Shown here in pieces: positions 1 through 14,400 of a stretch of 64,000 nt of DNA. Position 1 is the first letter of the stretch, and the number at the start of each line of letters is the position of its first letter. The stretch comes from Eledone cirrhosa (lineage: Eukaryota), in contig OZ024754.1 in assembly GCA_964016885.1 (NCBI GenBank), positions 19,592,001-19,656,000 on the forward strand, written 5' to 3'. A program made the position numbers and the translations under genes. The notes under the pieces are model-generated. The model had not been told where the DNA came from. It did no database searches and saw only the letters and a list, made by a program, of their open reading frames with translations.

Positions 1-2099
1 ATAGTTACTTTAGTTTCAACACATTCACAGATCAAGTCACTTGCCAGACATGTACAACTGTGGCTAAAATGACTATCCATGATATAGTTACTTTAGTTTC
101 AACACAGTCACAGATCAAGACACTTACCAGACATATAAAACTGTAGCTAACATGACTCTTCCATGATATAGTTACTTTAGTTTCAACACAGTCTCAGATC
201 AAGTCACTTGTCAGACATGTACAACTGTGGCTAAAATGACTCTTCCATGATATAGTTACTTTAGCTTGAACACAGTCTCAGATCAAGTCACTTGCCAGAC
301 ATGTACAACTGTGGCTAAAATGACTCTTCCATGATATAGTTACTTTAGTTTCAACACAGTCTCAGATCATGTTACTTGCCAGACATGTACAACTGTGGCT
401 AAAATGACTTTTCCATGATATAGTTACTTTAGTTTCAACACAGTCACAAATCAAATCACTTACCAGGGATGTACAACTGTGGCTAAATTGACTCTTCCAT
501 GATATAGTTACTTTAGTTTCAACACAGTCTCAGATCAAGTCACTTGCCAGACATGTATAACTGTGGCTAAAATGACTCTTCCATGATATAGTTACTTTAG
601 TTTCAACACATTCACAGATCAAGTCACTTGCCAGACATGTACAACTGTGGCTAAAATGACTATCCATGATATAGTTACTTCAGTTTCAACACAGTCACAG
701 ATCAAGACACTTACCAGACATGTAAAACTGTAGCTAACATGACTCTTCCATGATATAGTTACTTTAGTTTCAACACAGTCTCAGATTAAGTCACTTGTCA
801 GACATGTACAACTGTGGCTAAAATGACTCCTCTTCCATGATATAGTTACTTTAGTTTCAACACAGTCTCAGATCAGGTCACTTGCCAGACATGTACAACT
901 GTGGCTAAAATGACTTTTCCATGATATAGTTACTTTCGTTTCAACACAGTCACAAATCAAATCACTTACCAGGGATGTACAACTGTGGCTAAAATGACTC
1001 TTCCATGATATAGTTACTTTAGTTTCAACACATTCACAGATCAAGTCACTTGCCAGACATGTACAGCTGTGGCTAAAATGACTATCCATGATATAGTTAC
1101 TTCAGTTTCAACACAGTCACAGATCAAGACACTTACCAGACATGTAAAACTCTAGCTAAAATGACTCTTCCATGATATAGTTACTTTAGTTTCAACACAG
1201 TCTTAGATCAAGTCACTTGCCAGACATGTACAACTGTGGCTAAAATAACTCTTCCATGATATAGTTACTTTAGTTTCAACACAGTCTCAGATCAAGTCAC
1301 TTGCCAGACATGTACAACTGTTGCTAAAATGACTCTTCCATGATACAGTTACTTTAGTTTGAACACAGTCTTAGATCAAGTCATTGACCAGACATGTACA
1401 ACTGTGGCTTAAATGACTCTTCCATGATATAGTTACTTTAGTTTGAACACAGTCTTAGATCAAGTCACTTGCCAGACATGTACAACTGTGGCTAAAATAA
1501 CTCTTCAATGATAGAGTTACTTTAGTTTCAACACAGTCTCAGCTCAAGTCACTTGCCAGACATGTGCAACTGTGGCTAAAATGACTCTTCCATGATACAG
1601 TTGCTTTAGTTTGAACACAGTCTTAGATCAAGTCACTGACCAGACATGTACAACTGTGGCTAAAATGACTCTTCCATGATATAGTTACTTTAGTTTGAAC
1701 ACAGTCTCAGATCAAGTCACTTGCCAGACATGTACAACTGTGACTAAATTGATTCTTCCATGATATAGTTACTTTAGTTTCAACACAATCTCAGATCAAG
1801 TCACTTGCCTGACATCAACAACTGTGGCTAAAATGACTCTTCCATGATATAGTTACTTTAGTTTCAACACAGTCGCAGATCAAGTCACTTGCCAGACATG
1901 TACAACTGTGGCTAAAATGACTCTTCCATGATATAGTTACTTTAGTTTCAACACAGTCTCAGATCAAGTCACTTGCCAGACATGGACAACTGTGACTAAA
2001 ATGATTCTTCCATGATATAGTTACTTTAGTTTCAACGCAGTCACAGATCATGTGTCTTGCCAGACATGTACAACCGGGGCTAAAATGACTCTTCCATGA

Positions 2100-5000
2100 T
2101 ATAGTTACTTTAGTTTCAACACAACCTCAGATCAAGTCACTTGCCAGACATCTACAACTCTGGCTAGAATGACTCGTCAATGATATAGTTACTTTAGTTT
2201 AAACACAATCTCAGATCAAGTCACTTGCCAGACATCTACAACTGGGGTCTAAAATGACTCTTCCATGATATAGTTACTTTAGTTTCAACACAATCTCAGA
2301 TCAAGTCACTTACCAGACATGTACAACTGTGGCTAGAATGACTCTTCAATGATATAGTTACTTTAGTTTCAACACAATCTCAGATCAAGTCACTTGCCAG
2401 ACATGTACAACTGTGGCTGAAATGACTCTTCCATGATATAGTTACTTTAGTTTGAACATAGTCTTAGATCAAGTCACTTGCCAGACATGTACAACTGTGG
2501 CTAAAATAACTCTTCCATGATATAGTTACTTTAGTTTCAACACAGTCTCAGATAAACTCACTTGCCAGACATGTACAACTGTGGCTAAAATGACTGTTCC
2601 ATGATATAGTTACTTTAGTTTCAACACAGTCTCAGATCAAGTCACTTGCCAGACATGTACACCTGTGACTAAATTGATTCTTCCATGATATAGTTACTTT
2701 AGTTTCAACACAGTCTCAGATTAATTCACTTGTCAGACATGTACAACTGTGGCTAAAATGACTCTTCCATGATATAGTTACTTTAGTTTCAACACAGTCT
2801 CAGATCAAGTCACTTGCCAGACATGTACAACTGTGGCTAAAATGACTTTTCCATGATATAGTTACTTTAGTTTCAACACAGTCACAAATCAAATCACTTA
2901 CCAGGGATGTACAACTGTGGCTAAAATGACTCCTCCATGATATAGTTACTTTAGTTTCAACACAGTCTCAGATCAAGTCACTTGCCAGACATGTACAACT
3001 GTGGCTAAAATGACTCTTCCATGATATAGTTACTTTAGTTTCAACACATTCACAGATCAAGTCACTTGCCAGACATGTACAACTGTGGCTAAAATGACTA
3101 TCCATGATATAGTTACTTCAGTTTCAACACAGTCACAGATCAAGACACTTACCAGACATGTAAAACTGTAGCTAACATGACTCTTCCATGATATAGTTAC
3201 TTTAGTTTCAACACAGTCTCAGATTAAGTCACTTGTCAGACATGTACAACTGTGGCTAAAATGACTCTTCCATGATATAGTTACTTTAGTTTCAACACAG
3301 TCTTAGATCAAATCACTTGCCAGACATGTACAACTGTGGCTAAAATAACTCTTCCATGATATAGTTACTTTAGTTTCAACACAGTCTCAGATCAAGTCAC
3401 TTGCCAGACATGTACAACTGTGGCTAAAATGACTCTTCCATGATACAGTTACTTTAGTTTGAACGCAGTCTTAGATCAAGTCATTGACCAGACATGTACA
3501 ACTGTGGCTAGAATAACTCTTCAATGATATAGTTACTTTAGTTTCAACACAATCTCAGATCAAATCACTTGCCTGACATCAACAACTGTGGCTAAAATGA
3601 CTCTTCCATGATATAGTTACTTTAGTTTCAACACATTCACAGATCAAGTCACTTGCCAGACATGTACAACTGTGGCTAAAATGACTATCCATGATATAGT
3701 TACTTCAGTTTCAACACAGTCACAGATCAAGACACTTACCAGACATGTAAAACTGTAGCTAACATGACTCTTCCATGAAATAGTTACTTTAGTTTCAACA
3801 CAATCTCAGATCAAGTCACTTGCCTGACATCAACAACTGTGGCTAAAATGACTCTTCCATGATATAGTTACTTTAGTTTCAACACAGTCTCAGATCAAGT
3901 CACTTGCCAGACATGTACAACTGTGGCTAAAATGACTCTTCCATGTTATAGTTACTTTAGTTTCAACACAATCTCAGATCAAGTCACTTGCCAGACATGT
4001 ACAACTGTGGCTAGAATGACTCTTCCATGATATAGTTACTTTAGTTTGAACACAGTCTTAGATCAAGTCACTTGCCAGACATGTACAACTGTGGCTAAAA
4101 TGACTCTTCCATGATATAGTTACTTTAGTTTCAACACAACCTCAGATCAAGTCACTTGCCAGACATCTACAACTCTGGCTAGAATGACTCGTCAATGATA
4201 TAGTTACTTTAGTTTAAACACAATCTCAGATCAAGTCACTTGCCAGACATCTACAACTGGGGTCTAAAATGACTCTTCCATGATATAGTTACTTTAGTTT
4301 CAACACAATCTCAGATCAAGTCACTTACCAGACATGTACAACTGTGGCTAGAATGACTCTTCAATGATATAGTTACTTTAGTTTCAACACAATCTCAGAT
4401 CAAGTCACTTGCCAGACATGTACAACTGTGGCTGAAATGACTCTTCCATGATATAGTTACTTTAGTTTGAACATAGTCTTAGATCAAGTCACTTGCCAGA
4501 CATGTACAACTGTGGCTAAAATAACTCTTCCATGATATAGTTACTTTAGTTTCAACACAGTCTCAGATAAACTCACTTGCCAGACATGTACAACTGTGGC
4601 TAAAATGACTGTTCCATGATATAGTTACTTTAGTTTCAACACAGTCTCAGATCAAGTCACTTGCCAGACATGTACAACTGTGACTAAATTGATTCTTCCA
4701 TGATATAGTTACTTTAGTTTCAACACAGTCTCAGATTAATTCACTTGTCAGACATGTACAACTGTGGCTAAAATGACTCTTCCATGATATAGTTACTTTA
4801 GTTTCAACACAGTCTCAGATCAAGTCACTTGCCAGACATGTACAACTGTGGCTAAAATGACTTTTCCATGATATAGTTACTTTAGTTTCAACACAGTCAC
4901 AAATCAAATCACTTACCAGGGATGTACAACTGTGGCTAAAATGACTCTTCCATGATATAGTTACTTTAGTTTCAACACATTCACAGATCAAGTCACTTGC

Positions 5001-5450
5001 CAGACATGTACAACTGTGGCTAAAATGACTATCCATGATATAGTTACTTCAGTTTCAACACAGTCACAGATCAAGACACTTACCAGACATGTAAAACTGT
5101 AGCTAACATGACTCTTCCATGATATAGTTACTTTAGTTTCAACACAGTCTCAGATTAAGTCACTTGTCAGACATGTACAACTGTGGCTAAAATGACTCTT
5201 CCATGATATAGTTACTTTAGTTTCAACACAGTCTTAGATCAAATCACTTGCCAGACATGTACAACTGTGGCTAAAATAACTCTTCCATGATATAGTTACT
5301 TTAGTTTCAACACAGTCTCAGATCAAGTCACTTGCCAGACATGTACAACTGTGGCTAAAATGACTCTTCCATGATACAGTTACTTTAGTTTGAACGCAGT
5401 CTTAGATCAAGTCATTGACCAGACATGTACAACTGTGGCTAGAATAACTC
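2100..5450. repeat. Duplicated multi-monomer block (~2100-3500 copied at ~4115-5450; offset 2015 bp, then 1931 bp after a one-monomer difference)
   Basis: Private 1-bp insertion ACTGGGGTCTAAAA at 2241 and 4256; GTCACAAATCAAATC at 2881 and 4896; GAACGCAGTCTTAG at 3461 and 5392. Confidence 0.85.
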
Positions 5451-8400
5451 TTCCATGATATAGTTACTTTAGTTTCAACACAGTCTCAGATCAAGTCACT
5501 TGCCAGACATGTACAACTGTGGCTAAAATGACTCTTCCATGTTATAGTTACTTTAGTTTCAACACAATCTCAGATCAAGTCACTTGCCAGACATGTACAA
5601 CTGTGGCTAGAATGACTCTTCCATGATATAGTTACTTTAGTTTGAACACAGTCTTAGATCAAGTCACTTGCCAGACATGTACAACTGTGGCTAAAATAAA
5701 TCTTCCATGATATAGTTACTTTAGTTTCAACACAGTCTCAGATAAACTCACTTGCCAGACATGTACAACTGTGGCTAAAATGACTGTTCCATGATATAGT
5801 TACTTTAGTTTCAACACAGTCTCAGATCAAGTCACTTGCCAGACATGTACAACTGTGACTAAATTGATTCTTCCATGATATAGTTACTTTAGTTTCAACA
5901 CAGTCTCAGATCAAGTCACTTGCCAGACATCTACAACTGTAGCTAAAATGACTCTTCCATGATATAGTTACTTTAGTGTCAACACAGTCTCAGATCAAGT
6001 CACTTGCCTGACATGTACAACCCTGGCTAAAATGACACTTCCATTATATAGTTACTTTAGTTTAAACACATTCACAGATCAAGTCACTTGCCAGACATGT
6101 ACAACTGTGGCTAAAATGAATCTTCCATGATATAGTTACTTTAGTTTCAACACATTCACAGATCAAGTCACTTGCCAGACATGTACAACTGTAGCTAACA
6201 TGACTCTTCCATGATATAGTTACTTTAGTTTCAACACAGTCTTAGATCAAGTCACTGACCAGACATGTACAACTGTGGCTAAAATGAATCTTCCATGATA
6301 TAGTTACTTTAGTTTCAACACATTCACAGATCAAGTCACTTGCCAGACATGTACAACTGTGGCTAAAATGAATATCCATGATATAGTTACTTTAGTTTCA
6401 ACACAGTCACAGATCAAGACACTTACCAGACATATAAAACTGTAGCTAATATGACTCTTCCATGATATAGTTACTTTAGTTTCAACACAGTCTCAGATCA
6501 AGTCACTTGTCAGACATGTACAACTGTGGCTAAAATGACTCTTCCATGATATAGTTACTTTAGTTTGAACACAGTCTCAGATCAAGTCACTTGCCAGACA
6601 TGTACAACTGTGGCTAAAATGACTCTTCCATGATATAGTTACTTTAGTTTCAACACAGTCTCAGATCATGTCACTTGCCAGACATGTACAACTGTGGCTA
6701 AAATGACTTTTCCATGATATAGTTACTTTAGTTTCAACACAGTCACAAATCAAATCACTTACCAGGGATGTACAACTGTGGCTAAATTGACTCTTCCATG
6801 ATATAGTTACTTTAGTTTCAACACAGTCTCAGATCAAGTCACTTGCCAGACATGTACAACTGTGGCTAAAATGACTCTTCCATGATATAGTTACTTTAGT
6901 TTCAACACATTCACAGATCAAGTCACTTGCCAGACATGTACAACTGTGGCTAAAATGACTATCCATGATATAGTTACTTCAGTTTCAACACAGTCACAGA
7001 TCAAGACACTTACCAGACATGTAAAACTCTAGCTAACATGACTCTTCCATGATATAGTTACTTTAGTTTCAACACAGTCTCAGATTAAGTCACTTGTCAG
7101 ACATGTACAACTGTGGCTAAAATGATTCTTCCATGATATAGTTACTTTAGTTTCAACACAGTCTTAGATCAAGTCACTTGCCAGACATTTACAACTGTGG
7201 CTAAAATAACTCTTTCATGATATAGTTACTTTAGTTTCAACACAGTCTCAGATCAAGTCACTTGCCAGACATGTACAACTATGGCTAAAATGACTCTTCC
7301 ATGATACAGTTACTTTAGTTTGAACACAGTCTTAGATCAAGTCATTGACCAGACATGTACAACTGTGGCTTAAATGACTCCTCCATGATATAGTTACTTT
7401 AGTTTGAACTCAGTCTTAGATCAAGCCACTTGCCAGACATGTACAACTGTGGCTAAAATAACTCTTCAATGATATAGTTACTTTAGTTTCAACACAGTCT
7501 CAGCTCAAGTCACTTGCCAGACATGTGCAACTGTGGCTAAAATGACTCTTCCATGATACAGTTACTTTAGTTTGAACACAGACTTAGATCGAGTCACTGA
7601 CCAGACATGTAAAACTGTGGCTAAAATGACTCTTCCATGATATAGTTACTTTAGTTTGAACACAGTCTCAGATAAAGTCACTTGCCAGACATGTACAACT
7701 GTGACTAAATTGATTCTTCCATGTTATAGTTACTTTAGTTTTAACACAATCTCAGATCAAGTCACTTGCCTGACATCAACAACTGTGGCTAAAATGACTC
7801 TTCCATGATATAGTTACTTTAGTTTGAACACAGTCTCAGATCAAGTCACTTGCCAGACATGTACAACTGTGGCTAAAATGACTCTTCCATGTTATAGTTA
7901 CTTTAGTTTCAACACAATCTCAGATCAAGTCACTTACCATACATGTACAACTGTGGCTAGAATGACTCTTCCATGATATAGTTACTTTAGTTTCAACACA
8001 GTCTCAGATCAAGTCACTTGCCAGACATGGACAACTGTGACTAAAAAGATTTTTCCATGATATAGTTACTTTAGTTTCAACGCAGTCACAGATCATGTGT
8101 CTTGCCAGACATGTACAACAGTAGCTAAAATGACTCTTCCATGATAGAGTTACTTTAGTTTCAACACAACCTCAGATCAAGTCACTTGCCAGACATCTAC
8201 AACTCTGGCTAGAATGACTCGTCAATGATATAGTTACTTTAGTTTAAACACAATCTCAGATCAAGTCACTTGCCAGACATCTACAACTGGCGCTAAAATG
8301 ACTCTTCCATGATATAGTTACTTTAGTTTCAACACAATCTCAGATCAAGTCACTTACCAGACATGTACAACTGTGGCTAGAATGACTCTTCAATGATATA

Positions 8401-11400
8401 GTTACTTTAGTTTCAACACAATCTCAGATCAAGTCACTTGCCAGACATGTACAACTGTGGCTGAAATGACTCTTCCATGATATAGTTACTTTAGTTTGAA
8501 CACAGTCTTAGATCAAGTCACTTGCCAGACATGTACAACTGTGGCTAAAATAACTCTTCCATGATATAGTTATTTTAGTTTCAACACATTCTCAGATAAA
8601 CTCACTTGCCAGACATGTACAACTGTGGCTAAAATGACTGTTCCATGATATAGTTACTTTAGTTTCAACACAGTCTCAGATCAAGTCACTTGCCAGACAT
8701 GTACAACTGTGACTAAATTGATTCTTCCATGATATAGTTACTTTAGTTTCAACACAGTCTCAGATTAAGTCACTTGTCAGACATGTACAGCTGTGGCTAA
8801 AATGACTCTTCCATGATATAGTTACTTTAGTTTCAACACAGTCTCAGATCAAGTCACTTGCCAGACATGTACAACTGTGGCTAAAATGACTTTTCCATGA
8901 TATAGTTACTTTAGTTTCAACACAGTCACAAATCAAATCACTTACCAGGGATGTACAACTGTGGCTAAAATGACTCTTCCATGATATAGTTACTTTAGTT
9001 TCAACACAGTCTCAGATCAAGTCACTTGCCAGACATGTACAACTGTGGCTAAAATGACTCTTCCATGATATAGTTACTTTAGTTTAAACACAATCTCAGA
9101 TCAAGTGACTTACCATGCATGTACAACTGTGGCTAGAATGACTCTTCCATGATATAGTTACTTTAGTTTCAACACAATCTCAGATCAAGTCACTTGCCAG
9201 ACATGTGCAACTGGGGCTAAAATGACTCTTCCATGATACAGTTCCTTTAGTTTGAACACAGTCTTAGATCAAGTCACTGACCAGACATGTACAACTGTGG
9301 CTAAAATGAATCTTCCATGATATAGTTACTTTAGTTTCAACACATTCACAGATCAAGTCACTTGCCAGACATGTTCAACTGTGGCTAAAATGACTATCCA
9401 TGATATAGTTACTTTAGTTTCAACACGATCACAGATCAAGACACTTACCAGACATATAAAACTGTAGCTAACATGACTCTTCCATGATATAGTTACTTTA
9501 GTTTCAACACAGTCTCAGATCATGTCACTTGTCAGACATGTACAACTGTGGCTAAAATGACTCTTCCATGATATAGTTACTTTAGTTTCAACACAGTCTC
9601 AGATCAAGTCACTTGCCAGACATGTACAACTGTGACTAAAATGATTCTTCCATGATATAGTTACTTTAGTTTCAACGCAGTCACAGATCATGTGTCTTGC
9701 CAGACATGTACAACAGTAGCTAACATGACTCTTCCATGATATAGTTACTTTAGTTTCAACACAACCTCAGATCAAGTCACTTGCCAGACATCTACAACTC
9801 TGGCTAGAATGACTCATCAATGATATAGTTACTTTAGTTTAAACACAATCTCAGATCAAGTCACTTGCCAGACATCTACAACTGGGGCTAAAATGACTCT
9901 TCCATGATATAGTTACTTTAGTTTCAACACAATCTCAGATCAAGTCACTTACCAGACATGTACAACTGTGGCTAGAATGACTCTTCAATGATATAGTTAC
10001 TTTAGTTTCAACACAATCTCAGATCAAGTCACTTGCCAGACATGTACAACTGTGGCTGAAATGACTCTTCCATGATATAGTTACTTTAGTTTGAACACAG
10101 TCTCAGATAAACTCACTTGCCAGACATGTACAACTGTGGCTAAAATGACTGTTCCATGATATAGTTACTTTAGTTTCAACACAGTCTCAGATCAAGTCAC
10201 TTGCCAGACATGTACAACTGTGACTAAATTGATTCTTCCATGATATAGTTACTTTAGTTTCAACACAGTCTCAGATCAAGTCACTTGCCAGACATCTACA
10301 ACTGTGGCTAAAATGACTCTTCCATGATATAGTTACTTTAGTTTCAACACAGTCTCAGATCAAGTCACTTGCCAGACATCTACAACTGGGGCTAAAATGA
10401 CTCTTCCATGATATAGTTACTTTAGTTTCAACACAATCTCAGATCAAGTCACTTACCAGACATGTACAACTGTGGCTAGAATGACTCTTCAATGATATAG
10501 TTAGTTTAGTTTCAGCACAATCTCAGATCAAGTCACTTGCCAGACATCTACAACTGGGGCTAAAATGACTCTTCCATGATACAGTTACTTTAGTTTGAAC
10601 ACAGTCTTAGATCAAGTCACTGACCAGACATGTACAACTGTGGCTAAAATGAATCTTCCATGATATAGTTACTTTAGTTTCAACACATTCACAGATCAAG
10701 TCACTTGCCAGACATGTACAACTGTGGCTAAAATGACTATCCATGATATAGTTACTTTAGTTTCAACACGATCACAGATCGAGACACTTACCAGACATAT
10801 AAAACTGTAGCTAACATGACTCTTCCATGATATAGTTACTTTAGTTTCAACACAGTCTCAGATCATGTCACTTGTCAGACATGTACAACTGTGGCTAAAA
10901 TGACTCTTCCATGATATAGTTACTTTAGTTTGAACACAGTCTTAGATCAAGTCACTTGCCAGACATGTACAACTGTGGCTAAAATAACTCTTCCATGATA
11001 TAGTTACTTTAGTTTCAACACAGTCTCAGATCAAGTCACTTGCCAGACATGTACAACTGTGGCTAAAATGACTCTTCCATGATACAGTTACTTTAGTTTC
11101 AACACAATCTCAGATCAAGTCACTTGCCAGACATGTACAACTGTGGCTAAAATGACTCTTCCATGTTATAGTTACTTTAGTTTCAACACAATCTCAGATC
11201 ATGTCACTTACCATACATGTACAACTGTGGCTAGAATGAATCTTCCATGATATAGTTAGTTTAGTTTCAACACAGTCTCAGATCAAGTCACTTGCCAGAC
11301 ATGTACAACTGTGACTAAAATGATTCTTCCATGATATAGTTACTTTAGTTTCAACGCAGTCACAGATCATGTGTCTTGCCAGACATGTACAACAGTAGCT

Positions 11401-14400
11401 AAAATGACTCTTCCATGATATAGTTACTTTAGTTTCAACACAACCTCAGATCAAGTCACTTGCCAGACATCTACAACTCTGGCTAGAATGACTCATCAAT
11501 GATATAGTTACTTTAGTTTAAACACAATCACAGATCAAGTCACTTGCCAGACATGTACAACTTTGGCTGAAATGACTCTTCCATGATATAGTTACTTTAG
11601 TTTGAACACAGTCTTAGATCAAGTCACTTGCCAGACATGTACAACTGTGGCTAAAATAGCTCTTCCATGATATAGTTACTTTAGTTTCAACACAGTCTCA
11701 GATAAACTCACTTGCCAGACATGTACAACTGTGGCTAAAATGACTGTTCCATGATATAGTTACTTTAGTTTCAACACAATCTCAGATCAAGTCACTTGCC
11801 TGACATCAACAAATGTGGCTAAAATGACTCTTCAATGATATAGTTACTTTAGTTTCAACACAGTCTCAGATCAAGTCACTTGCCAGACATGTACAACTGT
11901 GGCTAAAATGACTCTTCCATGTTATAGTTACTTTAGTTTCAACACAATCTCAGATCAAGTCACTTACCATACATGTACAACTGTGGATAGAATGACTCTT
12001 CCATGATATAGTTACTTTAGTTTCAACACAGTCTCAGATCAAGTCACTTGCCAGACATGTACAACTGTGACTAAAATGATTCTTCCATGATATAGTTACT
12101 TTAGTTTCAACGCAGTCACAGATCATGTGTCTTGCCAGACATGTACAACAGTAGCTAAAATGACTCTTCCATGATATAGTTACTTTAGTTTCAACACAAT
12201 CTCAGATCAAGTCACTTACCAGACATGTACAACTGTGGCTAGAATAACTCTTCAATGATATAGTTACTTTAGTTTGAACACAGTCTTAGATCAAGTCACT
12301 TGCCAGACATGTACAACTTTGGCTGAAATGACTCTTCCATGATATAGTTACTTTAGTTTGAACACAGTCTTAGATCAAGTCACTTGCCAGACATGTACAA
12401 CTGTGGCTAAAATAGCTCTTCCATGATATAGTTACTTTAGTTTCAACACAGTCTCAGATAAACTCACTTGCCAGACATGTACAACTGTGGCTAAAATGAC
12501 TGTTCCATGATATAGTTACTTTAGTTTCAACACAGTCTCAGATCAAGTCACTTGCCAGACATGTACAACTGTGACTAAATTGATTCTTCCATGATATAGT
12601 TACTTTAGTTTCAACACAGTCTCAGATCAAGTCACTTGCCAGACATCTACAACTGTGGCTAAAATGACTCTTCCATGATATAGTTACTTTAGTTTCAACA
12701 CAGTCTCAGATCAAGTCACTTGCCAGACATGTACAACTGTGGCTAAAATGACTCTTCCATGATATAGTTACTTTAGTTTAAACACAATCTCAGATCAAGT
12801 GACTTACCATGCATGTACAACTGTGGCTAAAATGACTCTTCCATGATATAGTTACTTTAGTTTCAACACAATCTCAGATCAAGTCACTTACCAGACATGT
12901 ACAACTGTGGCTAGAATGACTCTTCAATGATATAGTTACTTTAGTTTCAACACAATCTCAGATGAAGTCACTTGCCAGACATGTACAACTGTGGCTGAAA
13001 TGACTCTTCCATGATATAGTTACTTTAGTTTGAACACAGTCTTAGATCAAGTCACTTGCCAGACATGTACAACTGTGGCTAAAATAACTCTTCCATGATA
13101 TAGTTACTTTAGTTTCAACACAGTCTCAGATAAACTCACTTGCCAGACATGTACAACTGTGGCTAAAATGACTGTTCCATGATATAGTTACTTTAGTTTC
13201 AACACAGTCTCAGATCAAGTCACTTGCCAGACATGTACAACTGTGACTAAATTGATTCTTCCATGATATAGTTACTTTAGTTTCAACACAGTCTCAGATT
13301 AAGTCACTTGTCAGACATGTACAACTGTGGCTAAAATGACTCTTCCATGATATAGTTACTTTAGTTTCAACACAGTCTCAGATCAAGTCACTTGCCAGAC
13401 ATGTACAACTGTGGCTAAAATGACTATCCATGATATAGTTACTTCAGTTTCAACACAGTCACAGATCAAGACACTTACCAGACATGTAAAACTGTAGCTA
13501 ACATTACTCTTCCATGATATAGTTACTTTAGTTTCAACACAGTCTCAGATTAAGTCACTTGTCAGACATGTACAACTGTGGCTAAAATGACTCTTCCATG
13601 ATATAGTTACTTTAGTTTCAACACAGTCTTAGATCAAGTCACTTGCCAGACATGTACAACTGTGGCTAAAATAACTCTTCCATGATATAGTTACTTTAGT
13701 TTCAACACAGTCTCAGATCAAGTCACTTGCCAGACATGTACAACTGTGGCTAAAATGACTCTTCCATGATACAGTTACTTTAGTTTGAACACAGTCTTAG
13801 ATCAAGTCATTGACCAGACATGTACAACTGTGGCTTAAATGACTCTTCCATGATATAGTTACTTTAGTTTGAACACAGTCTTAGATCAAGTCACTTGCCA
13901 GACATGTACAACTGTGGCTAAAATAACTCTTCAATGATATAGTTACTTTAGTTTCAACACAGTCTCAGATCAAGTCACTTGCCAGACATGTGCAACTGTG
14001 GCTAAAATGACTCTTCCATGATACAGTTACTTTAGTTGGAACACAGTCTTAGATCAAGTCACTGACCAGACATGTACAACTGTGGCTAAAATGACTCTTC
14101 CATGATATAGTTACTTTAGTTTCAACACAGTCTCAGATAAAGTCACTTGCCAGACATGTACAACTGTGACTAAATTGATTCTTCCATGATATAGTTACTT
14201 TAGTTTCAACACAATCTCAGATCAAGTCACTTGCCTGACATCAACAACTGTGGCTAAATTGACTCTTCCATGATATAATTACTTTAGTTTCAACACAGTC
14301 TCAGATAAACTCACTTGCCAGACATGTACAACTGTGGCTAAAATGACTCTTCCATGTTATATTTACTTTAGTTTCAACACAATCTCAGATCAAGTCACTT

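Noticed and set aside
1290-1315. p53-like response element (CAAG, CTTG and CATG cores; AGACATGTAC matches RRRCWWGYYY 9/10)
   Set aside because: The partner half-sites have 2-3 mismatches and non-canonical spacing, and the host is unknown.
1261-1344. CENP-B box
   Set aside because: The consensus has no CpG and no TTCG-N4-A-N2-CGGG motif. The TTTCGACAC variant lacks the CGGG half.
1261-1344. Internal 42-bp or shorter sub-repeat (AGTTACTT vs AGTCACTT; CAAC twice)
   Set aside because: The offsets are inconsistent and the two halves do not align convincingly.
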